Shown: in pieces, positions 38,995 through 49,048 of the stretch
Layout: the number at the start of each line of letters is the position of its first letter
Position numbering within the stretch: the first letter of the stretch is position 1
Assembly: GCA_024231215.1 (NCBI GenBank)
Contig: JAAEQR010000195.1
Coordinates: 14,755 to 78,754, forward strand
Source of the DNA: PVC group bacterium
GTDB taxonomy: Bacteria; Omnitrophota; Gorgyraeia; B26-G9
Direction: 5' to 3'
Length of the DNA stretch: 64,000 nt
Notes under the pieces: model-generated
Told to the model about the DNA's origin: nothing
What the model saw: the letters and a program-made list of their open reading frames with translations, nothing else
Databases searched by the model: none
Position numbers and translations under genes: made by a program

Positions 38995-40017
38995 ATGATG
39001 AATATTGAACTTATAGGAATTAGTCATAAAACAGCTCCGATCGAGATCCGGGAAAGACTTTCTTTTTCTAACGGATCTTTGGAAAAGGCGTTGTGTTTAT
39101 TAATTCAGAATTCAGGAATTAAAGAGGGAGTTATTTTATCTACATGTAACAGGGTCGAAATATATGCTTTTGGAGATAATGGCTGTTCTTTAAGTTCTTG
39201 TTTGACTGATTTCTTAAGTATGTTTCATGATATTAATAAGGATGATTTTCAAAACCATCTTTATTCCCTGCGTGGATTGTCCGCAATACGCCACCTTTTC
39301 AGGGTTAGCTCTTCGCTTGATTCGCAGGTCTTAGGCGAAAATCAAATTTTGGGACAAATAAAAACAGCGTATTTTAAGGCGAAAGATGTAATGGCTTTGT
39401 CTAGTCAGGGAGCTTTTTTATTTGAAGAGGCAATCAAGCTTGGCAAACGTGTACGTAGTCAAACACAGATAGGCTATGGTGCTGTTTCTATTAGTACCGC
39501 GGCTGTAGAAATGACAAAAAAGATATTTGAAGATCTTTCCCAAAAGAAAGTTTTGATCATTGGCGCAGGAAAGATAGGCGAGCTCTCGGTGCGGCATCTT
39601 TATGATCGAGGGGTAGAGGTTGTATTAGTTGCTAATCGAACTAAAGCCCGGGCTCAGGACTTGGCGAATAAGTTTAATGGTAAGGCAGTAGACTTTAGCA
39701 AGGTTACTGAGGTGCTTAAAGAAGCGGATATCGTGATTTGTTCTGTAAGCAGTCCTCATCTTTTAGTAACCAAGTCTCAGGTTGTGGAGATCATGGGGCA
39801 ACGCAAACAACGCCCGGTATTTTTTATTGATTTGGGTCTTCCCAGGAATATTGATCCCCAAATAAATGATCTGGATAATGTATATGTCTATAATCTGGAT
39901 GATCTTAAGAAAGTGAAGGATGTTAATTTGAGGGAAAGATTAAAAGAGGCGGAAAAAATAGAATCTATAATTGATGAATGTTTGCATAAAATAAGTGGTA
40001 GGGTTAATAATGCGTAG
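38995..40017 (+). CDS. hemA: glutamyl-tRNA reductase
   Basis: STCNRVE, SLDSQVLGENQILGQ, IGAGKIG, DLGLPRNI. Confidence 0.95.
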   Translation: MMNIELIGISHKTAPIEIRERLSFSNGSLEKALCLLIQNSGIKEGVILSTCNRVEIYAFGDNGCSLSSCLTDFLSMFHDINKDDFQNHLYSLRGLSAIRHLFRVSSSLDSQVLGENQILGQIKTAYFKAKDVMALSSQGAFLFEEAIKLGKRVRSQTQIGYGAVSISTAAVEMTKKIFEDLSQKKVLIIGAGKIGELSVRHLYDRGVEVVLVANRTKARAQDLANKFNGKAVDFSKVTEVLKEADIVICSVSSPHLLVTKSQVVEIMGQRKQRPVFFIDLGLPRNIDPQINDLDNVYVYNLDDLKKVKDVNLRERLKEAEKIESIIDECLHKISGRVNNA

Positions 40018-40933
40018 TGCTAATATAGTTGTGATTGGAACAAGGAAAAGTGCTTTAGCTCAGGCCCAGGCAAATAAAGTTTTGTTTGATTTGCAGAAGC
40101 ATTTTTCAGATTATAAATTTAAAATAAAAAAAATTACAACTACCGGTGATCGTTTGAAATCCTGGCCGCAGACAGCGGGTAAAGGATTATTTGTTAAGGA
40201 AATAGAAGAAGCTTTAATCCAAGGGGAGATAGATATCGCTGTGCATAGCATGAAAGATTTGCCTTGTGATATGCCGCAGGGTTTAGAGATTGCCGCAATT
40301 ACAAAACGTTTGAGCCCACAGGATATTTTAATATCTCGTAGCGGGAAAAGATTGATTGATTTGCCTGCGCAGAGCAGAATAGGGACGTCTAGTTTGCGAC
40401 GGAAGACTCAGCTTAAGGCTTATCGTTCGGATCTTAAAGTGGTAGATATTAGAGGCAATCTTGATAGCCGGTTAAAAAAGCTTAAAGAGGGTAAGTATGA
40501 TGCGATTGTGCTTGCCGCAGCAGGGGTCTTGCGTTTAGGCTGGGATGATGTAATTGCAGAGATTTTACCGTTTAAAGTCATGCTGCCTGCTCCGGCGCAA
40601 GGAGCTTTAGGGATAGAAGTAAGAAAAAATGACCGGAGGATAAAGCGGCTGGTAAAGATTTTAAATCATGAAATATCGGCAATTGAAATTAATGCAGAAC
40701 GGGCTTTTTTGCAGGCGATGGGCGGCGGTTGTCGAACGCCATTAGGTGCCTTGGCTCGAATTAAGAGGAATATATTAAAACTGGAAGGGGTAATTGCCGG
40801 GGGGAAAGACGATAATATAATGCGTAATAAAGTGAGTGGCATGAAAAAATTCCCTAAACGTTTGGGACGCAAGCTTGCAGCCCAGATAAAAGTATGTATG
40901 AAAGATCTAATCAGACAGGAGACGGCATGTTAA
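40010..40933 (+). CDS. hemC: hydroxymethylbilane synthase
   Basis: GTRKSALA, KGLFVKEIE, AVHSMKD, GTSSLRR, GGGC. Confidence 0.96.
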   Translation: MRSANIVVIGTRKSALAQAQANKVLFDLQKHFSDYKFKIKKITTTGDRLKSWPQTAGKGLFVKEIEEALIQGEIDIAVHSMKDLPCDMPQGLEIAAITKRLSPQDILISRSGKRLIDLPAQSRIGTSSLRRKTQLKAYRSDLKVVDIRGNLDSRLKKLKEGKYDAIVLAAAGVLRLGWDDVIAEILPFKVMLPAPAQGALGIEVRKNDRRIKRLVKILNHEISAIEINAERAFLQAMGGGCRTPLGALARIKRNILKLEGVIAGGKDDNIMRNKVSGMKKFPKRLGRKLAAQIKVCMKDLIRQETAC

Positions 40934-42411
40934 ACAATAAAAATCAGAACGGAGTTTCAATTCTTATTATTGACGATGAGCCGCTTTCAGGAAAGACACT
41001 TACTGCAATTTTTAAATCAAAAGGATTTATCAGCAAATATTCTTTGTACGGTAAAGAGGGGCTGGAACTTTTAGAAGATGGATTTGATATATTAATTCTG
41101 GATTTGAAATTGCCGGATATGAACGGCATGGATATTTTAAAACAGACAAAAAAGTTATATCCGGAAACAATAGTTATCCTGGTAACGGCGTATGCATCTG
41201 TAGATACGGCGATTGATGCAATGAATGAAGGGGCTTATACTTATCTGATGAAACCATTTGATGTAGATATATTGGTGCAAACAATAGAGCAGGCTTTAGA
41301 AGAAAGAAAAATTAATGTTAAAAAGGAGAGGTTGGTAAGTAATCTTTCCTTGCTTTATAAGGTAAGTAAAGAATTAGAAGGGGTAATTGAATTGCATAGT
41401 ATTTCCCGGTTAGCGGCGCGGTATCTGGCGGATGTAACGGAAATTGATATTTGCGCTATTCTGCTGATGGATGCAAAAAATAAGCAGTTTTATTTCGGAG
41501 CTTTAAGCGGACATGAAAACGAGAAAGATATTTTAGAGCAAAAGCGTTTTAAGCTAGACGAGAAACTGTATAAACGTTTAGTTGATGAACAGAATGCAGT
41601 ATTGATCCCCAAGCTAAAGGTAAAGTTGCAGATATTAGAATACATTGATGTAAATGATCCTAAATCGTTGTTCATTTTTCCATTGGTTACTAAAAATAAG
41701 GTTATTGGTTTATGTCTCTTGATTAGTCAGGAAGAAGCTTCTTTGGAAGAAACAGTGGTAGAAGCTATTTCCACAATTGGATCAGAGGTTGCCGAATGTA
41801 TCGAAAATGCGAATCGTTATTTGGCATTAAAACATAATTATTTGAGTGCAGTTACATCATTGGTTAGTTCAATTGAAAGCAAGCATCTAGATCCTAAACG
41901 TTCGGAAATGGTATCTGAACGTGCGGCGCAAGTGGCTACCCGGATGAAATTACCTAAGGATGAAATAGAATATATTCGTTTTGCCGGTTTATTGCATGAT
42001 ATTGGCAAAGTGGCAATAAGCGAGCAGATTTTATTTAAGGAGGATTCATTAACGGCTGAGGAGTTTGTAAAGGTAAAGACACATTGTTTGGTTTCAACCA
42101 GTATTATTCGCAAGATTGATACTGAACATCGTTTGGTTCCGATAATACTCTATCATCACGAGCGTTATGACGGCGGAGGGTATCCGGAAGGTTTAAGAGG
42201 AGAGGGGATTCCTATTGGTGCACGTATTTTGGCGGTGTGTGACGCTTTTGAGGCAATGCTATCGAAACGTCCTTACCGACAGGCACTGACCGAAGATGAA
42301 GCAGTAGAGGAGCTTAAACGTTGTGCCGGGGCACAATTTGATTCGCAAGTAGTAGATGCATTTGTTGAAATATTTACAAAAGAAAATAATGATCGTGAAG
42401 AGAAAGTATAA
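40927..42411 (+). CDS. REC-GAF-HD-GYP response regulator
   Basis: IDDE/DLKLP/KPF receiver; LLHDIGK, HHERYDGGGYP, RPYR. Confidence 0.9.
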   Translation: MLNNKNQNGVSILIIDDEPLSGKTLTAIFKSKGFISKYSLYGKEGLELLEDGFDILILDLKLPDMNGMDILKQTKKLYPETIVILVTAYASVDTAIDAMNEGAYTYLMKPFDVDILVQTIEQALEERKINVKKERLVSNLSLLYKVSKELEGVIELHSISRLAARYLADVTEIDICAILLMDAKNKQFYFGALSGHENEKDILEQKRFKLDEKLYKRLVDEQNAVLIPKLKVKLQILEYIDVNDPKSLFIFPLVTKNKVIGLCLLISQEEASLEETVVEAISTIGSEVAECIENANRYLALKHNYLSAVTSLVSSIESKHLDPKRSEMVSERAAQVATRMKLPKDEIEYIRFAGLLHDIGKVAISEQILFKEDSLTAEEFVKVKTHCLVSTSIIRKIDTEHRLVPIILYHHERYDGGGYPEGLRGEGIPIGARILAVCDAFEAMLSKRPYRQALTEDEAVEELKRCAGAQFDSQVVDAFVEIFTKENNDREEKV

Positions 42412-43918
42412 TCCTAAAGTATATCTTGTCGGAGTAGGCCCGGGGGATGAACAACTGGTTTCGAAAGCGGCTATAGATTACATTGCTAAAGCAGATGTAA
42501 TTATCCACGATCGGTTAATCCCTGAGTTTGTTTTGCAAGCCAAAAAGTCTAAAGCTAAGCTTATTGCTGTAGGGAAGACGCCCAAGAAACACCCTGTGCC
42601 GCAGGATAAGATTAACGCGTTACTTTTAAAGCATGCAAAGAATAATAATATAGTAGTTCGTTTAAAAGGAGGAGATCCTTTTTTATTTGGCCGTGGTTCA
42701 GAAGAAGCTCAAGTCTTAGCTAAGGCTGGTATTTATTTTGAGGTAATTTCCGGAATAAGTGCTGGAATTGCGGCTGCGGCTTATGCTGGTATTCCGCTTA
42801 CGCATCGAGGGATAGCTTCGTCAGTGGTATTTGTTACCGGGCATGAGGATCCGTATAAAAAAGGTTCTAGTGTCGATTGGAAAGTCTTGGCTAAGCATAC
42901 AGGGACACTAGTGATTTTTATGGGAATGACGCGCTTGGCAGATATTACAAATAAGCTTATCGCTTATGGGATGAACAAGAAAACCCCTGCATGTGTTGTT
43001 CAGCAAGGCACATTGCCGGAACAAAGATCAGTTGTCGGGACAGTTGCCGATATCGCAGCTTGGGTAAAAAAGAAAAAACTAACTAATCCGGCGATTATTA
43101 TAATCGGTAAGGTTGTAGCTTTACGAAAAGATATTAATTGGTATGAAACTAAATCTTTATTTGGGAAAAAGATTTTAGTGACACGACCGAAAGGTTTTGC
43201 GCAAACTTTTGGTTATCAGCTTAAAAAATTTGGAGCTCAGGTTGTTATCTATCCGTTAATTGAAATAAAAGCGGTAAAAAATATAAAAGCTGCACAAGTA
43301 ATAAAGAAGATTAGAAAAACGGACTGGACAATATTTACCAGTCGCAATGCTGTAGATATATGTTTTGATCTTTTGAAGAAAAATAATAAAGATGCGCGTG
43401 TATTTAATTCCGGGAAGATTGCGGTGCTGGGAGAAGGTACGAATGATAGTCTTACCCAAAGAGGTGTTATTGCTGATTTGATGCCGAAGAAATTTGTTAT
43501 GGAAAGTTTGGTTAGTGAGTTTAAAAAGATTAATATGAAAGGTAAGCGTGTGTATATCCCGCATTCCCGGCAGGGAAGAAGGGTGTTAATAGAAGAACTA
43601 AAGGCTCTGGGGGCAAAGATTGAAGAAGATTTTATTTATGAAGTAAAATGTCCGCGTAGTGTGAGCTCCGGTCAGTTAAAAAAGATATTAAAAGAAGAAT
43701 CGTTTGATATGGTTACTTTTACCAGTTCCAGTGCAGTAAATCAATTTATGAAACTGTTGGGTAAAGAGAAGACTTTATTGAAAAAACAACAGTTTGCGGT
43801 AATCGGTCCGGTAACCAATAGAACTTTGCAGGACTATGGGTATGAATCGGTTGCCCAGGCAAAGCAATATAATATAGACGGATTATGTAAAGCATTGGGG
43901 AGATATTTTTATGATTAA
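42389..43918 (+). CDS. uroporphyrinogen-III methyltransferase/synthase fusion (CobA-HemD)
   Basis: GVGPGD, RLKGGDPFLFGRG, VTGH, then FTSRNAV, FTSSSAV, IGPVT. Confidence 0.94.
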   Translation: MIVKRKYNPKVYLVGVGPGDEQLVSKAAIDYIAKADVIIHDRLIPEFVLQAKKSKAKLIAVGKTPKKHPVPQDKINALLLKHAKNNNIVVRLKGGDPFLFGRGSEEAQVLAKAGIYFEVISGISAGIAAAAYAGIPLTHRGIASSVVFVTGHEDPYKKGSSVDWKVLAKHTGTLVIFMGMTRLADITNKLIAYGMNKKTPACVVQQGTLPEQRSVVGTVADIAAWVKKKKLTNPAIIIIGKVVALRKDINWYETKSLFGKKILVTRPKGFAQTFGYQLKKFGAQVVIYPLIEIKAVKNIKAAQVIKKIRKTDWTIFTSRNAVDICFDLLKKNNKDARVFNSGKIAVLGEGTNDSLTQRGVIADLMPKKFVMESLVSEFKKINMKGKRVYIPHSRQGRRVLIEELKALGAKIEEDFIYEVKCPRSVSSGQLKKILKEESFDMVTFTSSSAVNQFMKLLGKEKTLLKKQQFAVIGPVTNRTLQDYGYESVAQAKQYNIDGLCKALGRYFYD

Positions 43919-45074
43919 TTTTACTAAGTTATTAGGTGGCAACCCAACGGTTTCCGATGCGTTAAAAGCTGTAAATAGGGCGGAAGCTTCAGATCATGGC
44001 GTGCCAAGCCCGATAGTTGTTTTTAATATAACGCGGCGTTGCAATCTTGATTGTATGCATTGCTATCTGGAGTCTAAAAATCAGGAGTATAAGGGAGAGT
44101 TGGAATCTTCTGAGATCAAAAAAGTCATTGATGATTTGAGTCAGATGCAGATTCCGGTGTTACTTCTTTCCGGAGGAGAGCCGTTAGTCCATAAGGACAT
44201 TTTTCAAATCATAGACTATGCAAAAAGCAAGAAATTGCGGGTAGGATTATCTACTAACGGTACACTTATCACAAAAAAAATTGCTAAGCAGTTGAAAAGT
44301 GCGGGGATAGATTACGTTGGAGTGAGTATCGACGGACTAAAAGGTTTGCATGATAAATTTCGTAATCTTAACGGTGCGTTTGATCAGGCAATGAAAGGGA
44401 TTATTAATTGTCTTGAATCAGAAATTAAAACCGGGGTGAGGTTTACGAACAGCAAACTGAATTATACGCAGTTACCCCAGGTTATAGATTTATGCATAAA
44501 AGAGCAGATTCCCCGTTTCTGCATGTATCATTTGGTTTATTCCGGTAGGGGTGAATCTTTATTAGATCAGGATATTGATAATAAGACGCGCCGGGAGATT
44601 GCTTTATTTCTGGTGGAAAAAACTATAGAATGCCAGGAACAGGGACGTAATTTAGAAATATTAACTGTAGATAACCATGCAGATGGTGTATTTATTTATA
44701 ATCATCTTAAAAAGAAAGATCCGGTACGGGCACAGCAGGTTCTGGAAATGCTTAGGTTGCATGGGGGGTGTTCTTTAGCGAATAAGATTGTGGATATATC
44801 ACCTTTTGGAGATGTATATGCTTGTCAATTCTGGCATAATGACAGTTTGGGGAACATATTAGAAAAAAGTTTTCTTGATATATGGTATAATCAGCATAAT
44901 GAGCATTTATGCCAATTACGCTGTAAAACAGAACATTTAAAGGGTAAATGCGGAAAATGTTCTGTTAATATATATTGCGGAGGATGCCGGGTTCGGGCAT
45001 ATGTTCAGTCTGGTGATTTCTGGCAGGAAGATCCGTGTTGTTATCTTACGGACGAAGAACGTGAATGCATCTAA
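43911..45074 (+). CDS. radical SAM/SPASM protein, AhbC (NirJ1)-like
   Basis: NITRRCNLDCMHCY, SGGEPL, YHLVYSGRG, LTVDNHADG, CGGCR; heme operon context. Confidence 0.82.
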   Translation: MINFTKLLGGNPTVSDALKAVNRAEASDHGVPSPIVVFNITRRCNLDCMHCYLESKNQEYKGELESSEIKKVIDDLSQMQIPVLLLSGGEPLVHKDIFQIIDYAKSKKLRVGLSTNGTLITKKIAKQLKSAGIDYVGVSIDGLKGLHDKFRNLNGAFDQAMKGIINCLESEIKTGVRFTNSKLNYTQLPQVIDLCIKEQIPRFCMYHLVYSGRGESLLDQDIDNKTRREIALFLVEKTIECQEQGRNLEILTVDNHADGVFIYNHLKKKDPVRAQQVLEMLRLHGGCSLANKIVDISPFGDVYACQFWHNDSLGNILEKSFLDIWYNQHNEHLCQLRCKTEHLKGKCGKCSVNIYCGGCRVRAYVQSGDFWQEDPCCYLTDEERECI

Positions 45075-45128
45075 ACGATTCGACGATTGTTCAAAGATAG
45101 ATTTTTTGGCTTGGTTGTAATATAATAT

Positions 45129-45155
45129 GTAGGGGCGCAATAAATTGCGCCCGTA
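45129..45155 (+). repeat. GTAG-type REP-like palindrome
   Basis: GTAG followed by GGGCGCAAT-aa-ATTGCGCCC. Confidence 0.5.
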
Positions 45156-45187
45156 AAAAATAGATATTTAAGAAAGAGAGGCGAATT

Positions 45188-45877
45188 ATGCGTCAGATTG
45201 CTGTTATCGGATTAGGCAGTTTTGGCTCTACTGTGGCAAAAACTTTAACTGATCAGGGAGTAGAAGTGCTTGCGGTTGATTCAGACAAGGAAAAAGTGGA
45301 AAATATAAAAGATTACGTAGCTGTAGCCGTTGCTTTAGATTCAACAGACGATAAGGCCTTACGCGCTATAGGTATTGAGCATGTAGATGCGGCAATTGTC
45401 TGCATTGGTGAGAATGTAGAAGCAAATTTGCTGGCGACTACATTGCTTAAAAAAATGGGGATAAAAAACATCTATGGGCGTTCAGTAAACCCGTTGCAGG
45501 AGGAAATACTTAAATCTCTGGATATAACCAAAATTATTAATCTGGAAAAGGAAATGGGAGAATCTGTGGGTAAGAGCTTAACCAGTCCAAATATTCAGGT
45601 TTCGATGAAACTTGCTAGTGGTCATACCATGGCAGAGATTAAAGTCCCTAAAGAATTCATTGGCAGGTCGCTTAAAGACTTAAATGTAAGGAAACGTTTT
45701 GATGTTAATATCGTAGCGATAAAGAGGCAGATTCCTTCTATCGATGAGAAAGGACAACGTGTTTTTAAGGAGGTCATTAATGACCTTCCTCAGGCAGAAG
45801 ATGTGCTATCGGAAACAAATTATCTTATTGTGGTAGGAAAAGAAGAAAGCATAAATGCGCTTTCTAAACAGAAATAA
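45188..45877 (+). CDS. KtrA/TrkA potassium uptake regulatory subunit
   Basis: GLGSFG RCK_N motif and C-terminal RCK_C domain. Confidence 0.92.
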   Translation: MRQIAVIGLGSFGSTVAKTLTDQGVEVLAVDSDKEKVENIKDYVAVAVALDSTDDKALRAIGIEHVDAAIVCIGENVEANLLATTLLKKMGIKNIYGRSVNPLQEEILKSLDITKIINLEKEMGESVGKSLTSPNIQVSMKLASGHTMAEIKVPKEFIGRSLKDLNVRKRFDVNIVAIKRQIPSIDEKGQRVFKEVINDLPQAEDVLSETNYLIVVGKEESINALSKQK

Positions 45878-45887
45878 GGATTAAGAT

Positions 45888-46595
45888 ATGAAGAAAAAAA
45901 TTACAATAATATTTTCCTTGGCGACAATTATTTTTTTAGTTATATGGTATATCGCGATGTACCATATAACCTCGGTGGTTAATGACACACTTGTATTACT
46001 AGCCGGACTCGGATGTATCATGACATTATATCTGTTAGATCGGATTAATATTTTCAAGAAAAAACTGGCATTGGCCTTAAAGCATATTTTAGAGAACAAC
46101 TTTCAGACAGGCATGTCTATGTCCGGCAGTGATGAGTTGACAGGTTTATCCAGTGATTTTAACTTAGCTATCGATAGAATCAATCACTATGATCTATTAC
46201 GTGAAAATCAGATTATTTGCTTAAATCGGATAATTAGCATGTTGAATCGTAATATCCAGAACGGTGTGATGATTTTAGATCTTGATTCAGCGCGCATAAA
46301 AATTAATCGCGCGGCACAAGAAATGTTTGGGGTCAATCAGGATGATTTAAGTATAGATTCCGTGACGAAACTTAATGCAAATAGCGAATTTAACCGTCTT
46401 TACCAGGAAATAATTGCCGGCAGAGCTAATACGATTGCCGGGACATTTGAACTATTCCTGCCGATTTTAAGAGCTAAAGCAAGCGTTAATATGAAGATGT
46501 TTGCGATTAAAGATAAAGACGAAAAATTAGATACAATTATTTGTATATTTACAAAGACTTCTATAGCCGTAGACAGCAGTCCCGAAGCAGTATAA
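45888..46595 (+). CDS. membrane protein with HAMP-like and PAS-like regions
   Basis: Two TM helices, DELTGLSSDFN, GVMILD...INRAAQEMFG. Confidence 0.65.
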   Translation: MKKKITIIFSLATIIFLVIWYIAMYHITSVVNDTLVLLAGLGCIMTLYLLDRINIFKKKLALALKHILENNFQTGMSMSGSDELTGLSSDFNLAIDRINHYDLLRENQIICLNRIISMLNRNIQNGVMILDLDSARIKINRAAQEMFGVNQDDLSIDSVTKLNANSEFNRLYQEIIAGRANTIAGTFELFLPILRAKASVNMKMFAIKDKDEKLDTIICIFTKTSIAVDSSPEAV

Positions 46596-46603
46596 AAACT
46601 TTA

Positions 46604-48667
46604 ATGTTAAAAAAATACACATTCCGAATATTTTACAGGGTCTTTTTTTTTATTTTAGGATGCCTGCTTATTTTTCCTTCCGGTCTTTTGTCGAACGAGG
46701 ATGAGGATTTAAAATATTTACACCAAGCTCGTATCTTATTTAATCAAGGTAAATACCAGTCAGCAGCATCTATTTATCAGCATTTGGAAAAAAATAATCG
46801 TTTTCAGAAATTTTCCCTGCTTAATCAAGCCCTTATATATAAAAATATGCGCCAATATGAGAAATCAATTTCTATCTATAACCGGCTATTAGATATCGAA
46901 CCGCATAAAATTGTTTATTTTAATCTAGGTGAAGTATATTATTTGAATGCTATGCCGGATAAAGCGATTGCGGCGTTTAATGCTGCTTTAAGGCGTGGAG
47001 AACAAAACGGAAGAATCCATTTTTGGATTGGAAAGTGTTTTCTGGAAAGGAAAGACAGGGCAAACGCAAAAATTAGTTTTCAGGAAGCAGTAAGGATTGA
47101 TGATGATTTTGCTTTGGCGCACCTGGAATTGGGACGTTTATACGCGCAGAAAAAAATATGGTTGAGTGCGGCAAAGCATCTTGAAAAGACAAGGAAGCTT
47201 GACCCTAGTATAACAGAGGTTTATCCTTCTTTAGCCGGGACATATTTCAATCAAAAAAAATATGAGCTGGCGTTAAAGATGTTCCGTAAAGTCGCTGCGG
47301 TAGATCCGGATAATAAAAAGGCTAAGAAATATATTGATAAGATTTATGAAATAGCTGGCAAGGATTTTAAAGATAATCTAGTTAAAAGAGAAGAAAAAAG
47401 GCTCAAACAGACTATGGCAAAGCAGATCCAGCCGATAGCTGTTAAAGGGGCTCCGGTTGTCCGAGTATTGGTCGGTAAAACAGCTAAACTTCGTTTTAAG
47501 TGCGGCTCATCTTTTTCGGTATGCCGGCAGAGTAATGGAGATGTTTTTTTTGAAGGGGATAAGGAGGGGCTTTATACTGTTTCTGTAAAAGATGGGATGC
47601 TGTTATTATCTATCGATGGTAAAAAACAAAGGGAGTTGGACGAAGACCTTGTGATTGTTTTATCTGATCCTCGGGCAACAATACTAATTTTCGATGTTAA
47701 ATCCGGAGAGGGAAAATACTGGGCAAACAGGACAGACCGAAGTTATCGTGGGCAAATGGAATTGCATCCGGCAAAAGATAGCGTTAATCTTATTAATGCG
47801 ATCAATTTAGAAGAATACTTATACGGAGTAGTGCCTAGTGAAATGTCCAGCAGCTGGCCTAAAGGAGCTTTAAAAGCTCAGGCTGTAGCTGCACGCAGTG
47901 AAGCGTATGTAAAAATGGGCAGACATAAAGCAGATGCCTTTGATTTTTGTTCGGATGTACATTGTCAGGCATATGGTGGTGCGCGAGTGGAAACAAAAGC
48001 AACGAATAATGCTGTAGACCAGACCTGCGGACAGGTTGCCATGTATAATAATAAGCCGATAGATGCGATTTATTGTAATAGCTGCGGCGGACATACTCAA
48101 GATAATATTTTTGCTAACTGTGATCCGATTGCCTATTTGCAGGGCAGGCCAGATTATCAGTCAGAATTACCAATTTGGTTTCCTATGGCTCCTTTAGAGA
48201 TGGAAGACTGGCTTTGGGATAAAAAAGTTCCTGCGTTTTGTAATAATAAGAAATTTTCCCGCGCCAGCAATTTTCGCTGGATGCGAAGGTATTCAAAAAG
48301 ACAGCTTGAGAAAATAATAAATAAAAAGTTGGACATTGGAGGATTATTGGCGCTTAATATATTAGATAGGAGTGATTCGTCTCATATAAGATGTATTGAG
48401 ATTGTGGGGACAAAAGGAAAGTTTATAGTTAAGAAAGAGCTAACTATTAGACGTACTTTAGGTAGTTTGCGCAGCAGCATGTTTAATGTTGATACAAAAC
48501 TTAACAAAAAAGGGCAGGCCGAAGCATTTTTATTTTACGGCGGCGGCTGGGGACATGCAGTTGGCATGTGTCAGGTAGGTGCGGCGACCATGGCTCAAAA
48601 CGGATATTCATATAAAGATATTCTGAAGTTTTACTATAAAGGTATTGAGATTAAGGAACTATATTGA
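46604..48667 (+). CDS. TPR-repeat SpoIID/LytB-domain protein
   Basis: Multiple TPRs; LEEYLYGVVPSEM, ALKAQAVAARS, GGGWGHAVGMCQVGA. Confidence 0.9.
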   Translation: MLKKYTFRIFYRVFFFILGCLLIFPSGLLSNEDEDLKYLHQARILFNQGKYQSAASIYQHLEKNNRFQKFSLLNQALIYKNMRQYEKSISIYNRLLDIEPHKIVYFNLGEVYYLNAMPDKAIAAFNAALRRGEQNGRIHFWIGKCFLERKDRANAKISFQEAVRIDDDFALAHLELGRLYAQKKIWLSAAKHLEKTRKLDPSITEVYPSLAGTYFNQKKYELALKMFRKVAAVDPDNKKAKKYIDKIYEIAGKDFKDNLVKREEKRLKQTMAKQIQPIAVKGAPVVRVLVGKTAKLRFKCGSSFSVCRQSNGDVFFEGDKEGLYTVSVKDGMLLLSIDGKKQRELDEDLVIVLSDPRATILIFDVKSGEGKYWANRTDRSYRGQMELHPAKDSVNLINAINLEEYLYGVVPSEMSSSWPKGALKAQAVAARSEAYVKMGRHKADAFDFCSDVHCQAYGGARVETKATNNAVDQTCGQVAMYNNKPIDAIYCNSCGGHTQDNIFANCDPIAYLQGRPDYQSELPIWFPMAPLEMEDWLWDKKVPAFCNNKKFSRASNFRWMRRYSKRQLEKIINKKLDIGGLLALNILDRSDSSHIRCIEIVGTKGKFIVKKELTIRRTLGSLRSSMFNVDTKLNKKGQAEAFLFYGGGWGHAVGMCQVGAATMAQNGYSYKDILKFYYKGIEIKELY

Positions 48668-48676
48668 GGGGAAGAT

Positions 48677-49048
48677 ATGATTGATAATTATAGGAATTCT
48701 GAACAGGAGATATATGATTTAAAAAAAGAAATTGAGCAGTTTAAAGAGGATAGAGACCGGGTAAGAGCGATCGTTGGACAGCTGGGGGGAATCCCTACGT
48801 TTAATACAAAGATGTTTAATGTTGTTTTTGCTATTTTTGTCCTTGCTTGTTTATTGATTTCTCTAAGGAGCGGGGGGGTATTACAGCTAGCAATGATTGA
48901 GCTAGCTGTAGCCGCAATATCGGTAAAACTTATGTATCTAATGCATTGTCAGAGCCGTGTAGATCATTTTCAGTTATGGATATTGACTTCTATGGAATGG
49001 AGACTTAACGAGACAATAAAATTACTGAAAGAAAAAGAAGGAAAATGA
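48677..49048 (+). CDS. hypothetical membrane protein
   Basis: RBS, N-terminal coiled coil, two TM helices. Confidence 0.7.
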   Translation: MIDNYRNSEQEIYDLKKEIEQFKEDRDRVRAIVGQLGGIPTFNTKMFNVVFAIFVLACLLISLRSGGVLQLAMIELAVAAISVKLMYLMHCQSRVDHFQLWILTSMEWRLNETIKLLKEKEGK

